A DNA stretch of 64,000 nucleotides from Auanema rhodensis (lineage: Eukaryota; Animalia; Nematoda). The position numbers and the translations under genes are program-made. Numbering within the stretch: position 1 is the stretch's first letter; each line of letters opens with the position of its first letter. The stretch covers positions 10,974,001 to 11,038,000 of the forward strand of contig OZ059899.1 in the NCBI GenBank assembly GCA_964057225.1, given 5' to 3'. This document shows, in pieces, positions 10,799-20,800 of this stretch. The notes under the pieces were generated by a model that was given only the letters and a program-made list of their open reading frames with translations, did not search any database and was not told where the DNA came from.

Positions 10799-11390
10799 TA
10801 CGAAAGTACGAAATAACAAAGCGCTGATTATAGGAAACGTGAATGAATGCAGATATTCTCAATTCCGATTCATTAACTAGATCGTGGTCAGCATTTTACA
10901 ACATTGATAAAAAAGAAACTGAGAAAAAAACATCAACAAATAACACTATTAACTTGGTTTTTTAACAGCTTTTTTATATTTCTTTTTTCACTATGAGAGA
11001 ACTTATATTTATTGCTTTTTCAAAATTTTCCATTTTTAACATTATACATCTTGACTATCACACATTGAGAACAACAGTTGGCAATGTTGGTTGTCACGTC
11101 ATATTTCATGCAGTTAGATTTTCAGACACATTAATACCTTTGACCATTCTTCTTATGAGTTTTGTAACAATAGATCGTAATAGGAAATGAATTGCTATAA
11201 TATGAAAAAATACAAGACATAGTCAACATTGATTTCCAAAAATAGTATCATGTTTGCTTGTTATTCAATTAGAACACTTATTTTTTGATTGTTTTCTTGA
11301 AATATTCTTTTTTTTTCTTTAACAAAGTTATGACTGAGATCAAAATTTGAACTTACTTTTGAACAATTAAACAGAAATTTAAAAAATATT

Positions 11391-11464
11391 TGCCGCCAGC
11401 AGGGGTCGAACCTGCGACCTTGGGCTTATTAGACCCACGCTCTAACCGACTGAGCTATGGCGGC
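11391..11464 (-). tRNA. trnI: tRNA-Ile(AAT)
   Basis: Consensus cloverleaf. Confidence 0.96.
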
Positions 11465-12056
11465 TACGAAAGTACGAAATAACAAAGCGCTGATTATAGG
11501 AAACGTGAATGAATGAGATATTCTCAATTCCGATTCATTAACTAGATCGTGGTCAGCATTTTACAACATTGATAAAATAGAAACTGAGAAAAAAACATCA
11601 ACAAATGACACTATTAACTTGGTTTTTTTAACAGCTTTTTTATATTTCTTTTTTCACTATGAGAGAACTTATATTTATTGCTTTTTCAAAATTTTCCATT
11701 TTTAACATTATACATCTTGACTATCACACATTGAGAACAACAGTTGGCAATGTTGGTTGTCACGTCATGTTTCATGCAGTTAGATTTTCAGACACATTAA
11801 TACCTTTGACCATTCTTCTTATGAGTTTTGTAACGATAGATCGTAATAGGAAATGAATTGCTATAATATGAAAAAATACAAGACATAGTCAACATTGATT
11901 TCCCCAAATAGTATCATGTTTGCTTGTTATTCAATTAGAACAGTTATTTTTTGATTGTTTTCTTGAAATATTCTTTTTTTTTCTTTAACAAAGTTATGAC
12001 TGAGATCAAAATTTGAACTTACTTTTGAACAATTAAACAGAAATTTAAAAAATATT

Positions 12057-12130
12057 TGCCGCCAGCAGGGGTCGAACCTGCGACCTTGGGCTTATTAGAC
12101 CCACGCTCTAACCGACTGAGCTATGGCGGC
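12057..12130 (-). tRNA. trnI: tRNA-Ile(AAT)
   Basis: Consensus cloverleaf. Confidence 0.96.
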
Positions 12131-12722
12131 TACGAAAGTACGAAATAACAAAGCGCTGATTATAGGAAACGTGAATGAATGCAGATATTCTCAATTCCGA
12201 TTCATTAACTAGATCGTGGTCAGCATTTTACAACATTGATAAAATAGAAACTGAGAAAAAACATCAACAAATGACACTATTAACTTGGTTTTTTGAACAG
12301 CTTTTTTATATTTCTTTTTTCACTATGAGAGAACTTATATTTATTGCTTTTTCAAAATTTTCCATTTTTAACATTATACATCTTGACTATCACACATTGA
12401 GAACAACAGTTGGCAATGTTGGTTGTCACGTCATATTTCATGCAGTTAGATTTTCAGACACATTAATACCTTTGACCATTCTTCTTATGAGTTTTGTAAC
12501 GATAGATCGTAATAGGAAATGAATTGCTATAATATGAAAAAATACAAGACATAGTCAACATTGATTTCCGAAAATAGTATCATGTTTGCTTGTTATTCAA
12601 TTAGAACACTTATTTTTTGATTGTTTTTTTGAAATATTCTTTTTTTTTCTTCAACAAAGTTATGACTGAGATCAAAATTTGAACTTACTTTTGAACAATT
12701 AAACAGAAATTCAAAAAATATT

Positions 12723-12796
12723 TGCCGCCAGCAGGGGTCGAACCTGCGACCTTGGGCTTATTAGACCCACGCTCTAACCGACTGAGCTATGGCGGC
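12723..12796 (-). tRNA. trnI: tRNA-Ile(AAT)
   Basis: Consensus cloverleaf. Confidence 0.96.
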
Positions 12797-13388
12797 TACG
12801 AAAGTACGAAATAACAAAGCGCTGATTATAGGAAACGTGAATGAATGCAGATATTCTCAATTCCGATTCATTAACTAGATCGTGGTCAGCATTTTACAAC
12901 ATTGATAAAATAGAAACTGAGAAAAAACATCAACAAATGACACTATTAACTTGGTTTTTTGAACAGCTTTTTTATATTTCTTTTTTCACTATGAGAGAAC
13001 TTATATTTATTGCTTTTTCAAAATTTTCCATTTTTAACATTATACATCTTGACTATCACACATTGAGAACAACAGTTGGCAATGTTGGCTGTCACGTCAT
13101 ATTTCATGCAGTTAGATTTTCAGACACATTAATACCTTTAACCATTCTTCTTATGAGTTTTGTAACGATAGATCGTAATAGGATATGAATTGCTATAATA
13201 TGAAAAAATACAAGACATAGTCAACATTGATTTCCCCAAATAGTATCATGTTTGCTTGTTATTCCATTAGAACACTTTTTTTTTTGATTGTTTTCTTGAA
13301 ATATTCTTTTTTTTCTTTAACAAAGTTATGACTGAGATCAAAATTTGAACTTACTTTTGAACAATTAAACAGAAATTTAAAAAATATT

Positions 13389-13462
13389 TGCCGCCAGCAG
13401 GGGTCAAACCTGCGACCTTGGGCTTATTAGACCCACGCTCTAACCGACTGAGCTATGGCGGC
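13389..13462 (-). tRNA. trnI: tRNA-Ile(AAT), B-box C56T variant
   Basis: T-loop TTTGACC instead of TTCGACC. Confidence 0.85.
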
Positions 13463-14054
13463 TACGAAAGTACGAAATAACAAAGCGCTGATTATAGGAA
13501 ACGTGAATGAATGCAGATATTCTCAATTCCGATTCATTAACTAGATCGTGGTCAGCATTTTACAACATTGATAAAATAGAAACTGAGAAAAAAACATCAA
13601 CAAATGACACTATTAACTTGGTTTTTTTAACAGCTTTTTTATATTTCTTTTTTCACTATGAGAGAACTTATATTTATTGCTTTTTCAAAATTTTCCATTT
13701 TTAACATTATACATCTTGACTATCACACATTGAGAACAACAGTTGGCAATGTTGGTTGTCACGTCATGTTTCATGCAGTTAGATTTTCAGACACATTAAT
13801 ACCTTTAACCATTCTTCTTATGAGTTTTGTAACGATAGATCGTAATAGGATATGAATTGCTATAATATGAAAAAATACAAGACATAGTCAACATTGATTT
13901 CCCCAAATAGTATCATGTTTGCTTGTTATTCAATTATAACACTTTTTTTTTGATTGTTTTCTTGAAATATTCTTTTTTTTCTTTAACAAAGTTATGACTG
14001 AGATCAAAATTTGAACTTACTTTTGAACAATTAAACAGAAATTTAAAAAATATT

Positions 14055-14128
14055 TGCCGCCAGCAGGGGTCGAACCTGCGACCTTGGGCTTATTAGACCC
14101 ACGCTCTAACCGACTGAGCTATGGCGGC
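14055..14128 (-). tRNA. trnI: tRNA-Ile(AAT)
   Basis: Consensus cloverleaf. Confidence 0.96.
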
Positions 14129-14721
14129 TACGAAAGTACGAAATAACAAAGCGCTGATTATAGGAAACGTGAATGAATGCAGATATTCTCAATTCCGATT
14201 CATTAACTAGATCGTGGTCAGCATTTTACAACATTGATAAAATAGAAACTGAGAAAAAAACATCAACAAATGACACTATTAACTTGGTTTTTTTAACAGC
14301 TTTTTTATATTTCTTTTTTCACTATGAGAGAACTTATATTTATTGCTTTTTCAAAATTTTCCATTTTTAACATTATACATCTTGACTATCACACATTGAG
14401 AACAACAGTTGGCAATGTTGGTTGTCACGTCATGTTTCATGCAGTTAGATTTTCAGACACATTAATACCTTTGACCATTCTTCTTATGAGTTTTGTAACG
14501 ATAGATCGTAATAGGAAATGAATTGCTATAATATGAAAAAATACAAGACATAGTCAACATTGATTTCCGAAAATAGTATCATGTTTGCTTGTTATTCAAT
14601 TAGAACACTTATTTTTTGATTATTTTCTTGAAATATTCTTTTTTTTTCTTTAACAAAGTTATGACTGAGATCAAAATTTGAACTTACTTTTGAACAATTA
14701 AACAGAAATTTAAAAAATATT

Positions 14722-14789
14722 TGCCGCCAGCAGGGGTCGAACCTGCGACCTTGGGCTTATTAGACTCACGCTCTAACCGACTGAGCTAT
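14722..14789 (-). pseudogene. tRNA-Ile(AAT) interrupted by element 2 (5' remnant at 26558-26567)
   Basis: Stops at CTGAGCTAT and resumes CTATGGCGGC at 26558. Confidence 0.95.
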
Positions 14790-15134
14790 CGTTCCGTTAT
14801 GCTCCTGCGTCGATAATATAAACCATTGTAGTTTATACTATGACGCGCATAGTATTCCTTGGTGTAGCGGTAAGGAATAAAGAGCATAAGGTCAATCATA
14901 AGATAAAAGAGAGAAAGATTTATTAGCATGAAACTACAACAATAATATACAAAGATAAAGATACAATACAATAAGATAAATATAAGTATAAAGACTAAAC
15001 TACAAGCCGTCCATGAGCTTGCTAAGAGGCGAACTCCCGACCAAGGGAACGAGGGAAGGCGGAGCCATTCCTCGGTCCTCTGGTCGTCTGGCTCTAACCC
15101 TTCAGCTACATATATGGGGAGTCCGAATGGAACG
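14790..15134 (-). repeat. 3' LTR of element 2
   Basis: Matches 26213-26557; CGTTCC...GGAACG terminal inverted repeats. Confidence 0.96.
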
Positions 15135-15145
15135 TGCCCTTTTTC
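15135..15145 (-). promoter_or_regulatory. Polypurine tract of element 2
   Basis: GAAAAAGGGCA directly before the 3' LTR on the minus strand. Confidence 0.75.
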
Positions 15146-15826
15146 AAAGATTTTTCGCGTCCGCGCGATATAAAGAGTTTTTAGTGTATATGTAGCTGAG
15201 TTTTAGAGTCTAGGAGTTTACAAATAAAATTAAAAGTTTTAAAATCTACATGTAGAAAGATATATAAATAGTTTTAATAGGTTTCTTCATGGTATTAAGA
15301 TAGAATTTGAATACAATAATAGGTTTTACGTTATTATAACGGAGGATTAGAAAATAAATTTAGTCACTGTAGTACTGTAATAAAAAAATTTTTCTTTGTT
15401 TCATGAATGTGTGATTTATGTGAGACAATAAGGAATTATTAAACATTTCGGTTACATGGTTACTCGTATCCTAATGATGATGGGGATATTTTTAGTTAAT
15501 AATTTACTCGTCTCCATATGTCTCTCTGAATGAATCCTTGAGTACTAATGGAGGCTACCACTCAGATGGGGTGTGGCTTAGGCGCCTGCCAATGTTCGTC
15601 TCTTCTTGGAGATACATATGGAGCTCAGTTCAGCGCAAAATATTATCTCTATCGGTCGTATAGGATTACGGTAGCCATTTATTTCTATTATATTTTCACT
15701 TATTCCTTATTTTTGGTTGTTTACTCACTTAATCTCTCATCAAAAAGTTTTCTAATTCACCGTTACTTTCATTTTACAATTTACAGAAAAGAAAGAATGT
15801 ATATAAAGTTATTTCTTGTCGTCTTT

Positions 15827-17805
15827 TCATGCTTTCTCTTTTTGATTTTTCATCCGTGGTAACCATAATTCATCTCCATCTTCGTTCTCTGATTCCGGTT
15901 CGCTATCGGTGTTATCTTGCTCGTTTCTTTTGATTACTCTTAGTATCTCTATATCGCTGTCCTCTTCTTCTTCTTCGTGATTGTTGCGTGTATTAGAGCG
16001 GGTATTGTGAGTGATATTTTGAGTCGCGTTTGAGAAGAGTTTGAGATTATCCTTGTGGATATCTTGTATCTTTCCTGATGAATTCCTTATCTGCACCTTG
16101 GATCCTTGTACGTTAATAACTTCGTAAGGTCCGTCATAGCTTTTCCTCAGTTTCTGACCAATTTTATGTGACTTTATTGTTGTCATCACCATGTCGCCGG
16201 GTTGAATGTTCCTTTCGTGCGTCCTTTGTGTTCTATCCTTCTTCTTTCTGGCGTTTTCTTGGTTTTGGGCGATACGTTCACGTATTATTTGGTCTATTTT
16301 CATCATTTGAGGTCTTCTCGTGAGTAATTCTTCCGAAATCTCTTTGATTTTTGTTATGGTTCCCGGTAATTCGGCATCAATTTTCATTCTGCATTCTTTT
16401 CCAAAAAGTGCTACGTATGGGGCTATGCCTGTTGTAGCATGCTGAATGTTATTGATAGCGAATGTAATTTTCGGCAATACGCTATCCCAGTCGCTTAGAT
16501 CTTCCTTCAAGTAGTGTGTTAATCCTTCCTCAAGAGTTCTGTGTAGTCTTTCGACTTGTCCGTTTGAGTTCTTTTGGTGAGGAAGGGTGGGTTCATGTTG
16601 AATTCCCAGTTTTGTACACATTTCTTCAAACTTTTGAGATACAAAATTAGATCCTCTATCGGTGATCAGTCGATGAGGCGGTCCGTATATGTATACAAAG
16701 TTGCGTAGAAATCTGTCAATTGTTATTTCTGTCGTAATTTGCGGTACTGCTATCGTTGTTGACCATTTAGTAAAAGCATCCTGGATGGTAATAACGTAAG
16801 TACAATTCCTTTTTGACGGGGGAAAAGGTCCCATTACATCCATATGAACTCGTTCAAAAGGCTTGGTCGGTATTTCAAATTGACCTATTGGCTGCACTGT
16901 CATAGAATGTGGGTCCTTCTTCCTTTGTGCGCATTTAATGCAGTTTTTGATATATATCATGATATCATTTTGCATGTTGGTCCAATAGAATCTCCGTAGG
17001 ATGGCTTCTTTAGTTTTATTAATTCCTTGATGCGCTGCGATTGTAGGATCTTCGTGAAATAATTCTATTATCTCGTCCTTGATTGGATGATCTTGTGGCA
17101 CAACGATTGCAGGATGTGGTTTCTTGTCTGTTGGTTTTGTGTAGAGTAATCCATTTATAACGCAATATCTATCGTTAGAGACCATTTTCTTTTGCGTTCT
17201 ATATTCGATGTCCGCGATTGTTTTCTTTATCCATAGAGTATTTTGTTGAATTTCTTTTATAGCAGGTGTATCAATAATATTTATTCTGATTGATTCTGCG
17301 TTTTTCTTTTTCTTCTTTTCCGGCTTTGCATCATTTGCTTCATCGCCTATATAACGTGACAATGCATCACATACTTTATTGAGCTGGCCCTCTCTGTACC
17401 TTATCTCAATGTCGTATTCTTGTATTACTAACTGAAATTTAGCAAGACGACCAAATAGGTCTCTGCGAGTTAGTAAACTTGTGAGAGGGCGATGGTCAGT
17501 GATACATATAGTATGCGTTCCCAGTATGTATGTGCGAAATTGATTCAGTGCGTATACTAACCCTAAGGCTTCAATTTCGATTGGTGCGTAATTGCGTTCC
17601 GCTTTTACCAGTTTTCTGCTGGCAAATGCGATAGGATGAAGATGCTTCAATGGTTGCGTGGGATCTTCTGGTTGCAATAATACTGCGCCCACTGCTATGT
17701 TGCTGCCGTCACTCTCGATAATGAATAATCGATCAGATTTTGGTGGACTTAATACAGGCGCTTGGGTGAGACTTCTTTTTAATCGATCTACAGCTTCCTG
17801 ATGTT
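15827..17805 (-). CDS. Pol C-terminal part (RNase H, integrase), out of frame after an internal RT deletion
   Basis: ESDGS..GAVLLQ, IAFASRKL, TDHRPL; integrase H..H/CIKC, HMDVMGP, ITDRGSNF, VERLHRT, GPY. Confidence 0.92.
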
Positions 17806-20800
17806 GCTTTTCTTGTATCAGAGATTATCAGCAGATCGTCCAAGTATACAAATAATTTGCAAGAGCATTTACTTTGCAAATATCTTACTGCTGTTTGAAA
17901 AGTATGAGGGGCTCCGCAGAGACCCATAGGCATTCTTTTATATTGATACGTGCCTGATGTTGTTGTAAATGCTGTTAAATGACGATCAGATTTACGTAGT
18001 GATATTTGAAAAAATCCTGATACTAAATCAAAGTTTGAGAAGAATTGAGCTCCAGCTGCCATGTCAACTATATCCGATATGCTTGGTATAACGTATGTTT
18101 GTTTACGCGTGACACTATTGAGGGCTCGAAAATCTGTCACGAACCTATATGTCTCATCCTTCTTCTTCACTAGCACAGCAGGGCTATTGAAGAGGGATGT
18201 AGAGGGTTCGATTATGCCTTGCTCTAGCATTTCTTTTACTTGCTTTTCCACTTCTTCCTGTTTACCAAGTGGAATCCTCGTTATTCTTGACCTTGGCATG
18301 TCCATATCCGATCTTAGTGGAATTGTATGCTCAATGGGTCCTTTAAATAGACCTATCTTCCTATCTTCATTAAGAAAAGCCTCACGATGGTTCTTAACTA
18401 TGTTTGTGAGCTCGTGCTTGTCTTCATTATTCAAATCTGCTTTATCCAGATTAAGGTCATTCATAAAATTTCTTGGAAAGTGGGGTAATTTATTCTCCCA
18501 ATCTGCTTCTGGTGGAATATATGGTTGCATAGGGTCTTCTTGTATTGTTTGCCAGCTTGGTACTTCTCCTATTGTTGCCTGCCCTATGACTGAATTAGCT
18601 TCCATAGCTAATGTTTTGTCCGTATTGTTACGGAAAACTACATATACTCCACTTGTCTCACGGAAAGCTGTTGGATAACTTGAAGCTAATGCATTTCCGT
18701 TGTCCCCTAAGATTACCACTTCGTTTGATTTGAGTGGTCTATCAGCTTTGATTGGAATAGTGGACTCTTCATCGGGTTGTATGATTCTTTTCTTCAAATT
18801 GATGATATTTATTGTTATTGCCGTTTGTTTAATGGCGTCCTGTTCAATTAAAGGGAGTGCGTAATTTCCGATCTCTAGCATCTTTTTCGATGGTTTTAAA
18901 CTGACATCAATGTTTTCACTATCGAGCGTGCTCATAAAGTCCATCCCAATAAGAGCAGGGGCTGGGCAATCACAGTCATTTGAGACCAAAAAGGTATGTT
19001 CTATCTCATAGCCAGCAATTTCGATGTTTAAATTTATTTTTCCGTATAATGTAAACGTTGTTTTGTTTGCTGCCATTGCCACTAATCGTCGCTTTTTGAC
19101 GTGTTGAGCCATGTTCAGGTATTTTAATGTCGATAGCCTGACATATGAGACTGACGAGCCTGAATCCCATAAAGCTAATATCAGCTTATCTTCCACTGAT
19201 ATATAGATAAGAGGTAGCTTTGTTTCTTTTGATTTAATAAAAGCAATAAATGGTATTGCTAGTGGAATGAATGTTACGAGCGCCGGGTAATACTGCTTCA
19301 TTATATTTTCTGGCATTGGTTGGTCTGGGCGGCTAACGAGTTCTAATGTTTCCTCGTAGCCTGGGGGCTCGTTGTCTGCTCTTTGAATATGCATGACTGG
19401 TAGTGGCATTGCTTTGAAAAAGTAGAATTTTCCGGCAAAGATGGTAACTATGATTGCTGCAATGATTAGAACAGTAGATCCTATTAATATTAAGGTTCTT
19501 TCAATTGTCCCCATTAAGAATTGTTTTATGCTATTCCAGGCTGTAGTTGTGAACTCAGTTGCTTTCGAAATAAATTCGCTGCCCTTTTTCAAAAGAATAA
19601 AGGCTGACGTTATCTTTGGGTCGTTGTGGATCGTATTTAGTACGTGATTTTGTCGTATTGAAGCTAAACTAGCTCCATACGCTATTGCGGTAGTCATTGA
19701 ATAGACTCTTGATGAAAGATTAGTATAAAGATGAGCACCTGTGAATTTTAAAGGCGTAACTTTATGTTGGTGGGCTCCATCAAAAAGTGTGATGGGATTG
19801 ACTTCCGCAGACCCATTAATGTTCATCCATTCCCCGTTTTTCTCATAAATATCAGTGGGTACGTGTTCGCAGTCGATTTCTTTCCCGTACGAGAGTAAAT
19901 CTCTTGATCCCGGTGCTGCGAAATATAATTTGTTGTCTTCGGTTGTTACTGGTGTCTCTAAGTAACATGTTTCATTGATTTTATGAGAGTGGTGAACGGT
20001 TTTAGGCTCTATTGGTAGGCATATATGAACATGAACTATTTCGCTGCCCACGAAACGCGCTGCTATGTCTTCTCTGCCAAGGATTGTTCTCATTGCTATG
20101 GTTGGCTCTATTTGGAGAATTGAACGCCACAATTCGAGATATCTATTTTGTATCTCGCATATGGATTCGTAAGATTCCATAAAATGCTTTTGCAATTCTT
20201 CCTGTATAAGAGTGGTTGCATATTGTAGATGATCTTGCGCTATTCTCTGAGATATATTCTGTTTATATTGTATCTCGTTGTTTACTTTGGAGCCTATATA
20301 ATGTGCTTGCGCTTGTACTGCTTTCGTTTCAATCTCCAAAGGTGGTGATGACGTTCTCTGCTTTCTTTGCGATCTTAAAGACATATCTGTGACCGTTGCA
20401 AACGTAGTAATAGGCTGTTCTTTGTGAACACCATATATTAATGTAACCGTTGTTGGCGCGCGCGTGGATGTTATGGCTTGAGTTGTATCGATCTCTGGCG
20501 TTGTTTGAGGGTCCTGGATTAGCTTTGTTACTTCCGTTGTTGTCGTTATATATTCAGTTTTGTCTGTCAGGCGTCTGGTTGAGTAGGGAGGTGTTCTTTT
20601 ATCCTCTAGTAGCGGTAGAAAGGTTTGAATGAGAAGATTTCGTGTATATTTGTTAGGACTTTTTGTTTGTTGATGGGGCCCAACAGGTATACCAAAATTA
20701 TTCTCCATATCTCGATATAATTTCTCTATATCTGGCAGGATAATAGTTGGTACAGGCAGATGTCGAAATCTTTCATCGTCTGCTCTGGCCGCTGTTCGAT

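Larger units (their letters stand above)
9550..14789. repeat. tRNA-Ile tandem array, block A (~666-bp unit, ~8 units)
   Basis: Near-identical 666-bp periodicity. Confidence 0.98.

Noticed and set aside
15827-16100. Chromodomain at the integrase C-terminus
   Set aside because: After the GPY module the tail is acidic and low complexity with no chromodomain motif.
18061-18678. 205-aa antisense ORF over RT, and other short antisense or overlapping ORFs inside the polyproteins
   Set aside because: Shadow frames of coding sequence; the equivalent is shorter in element 3.
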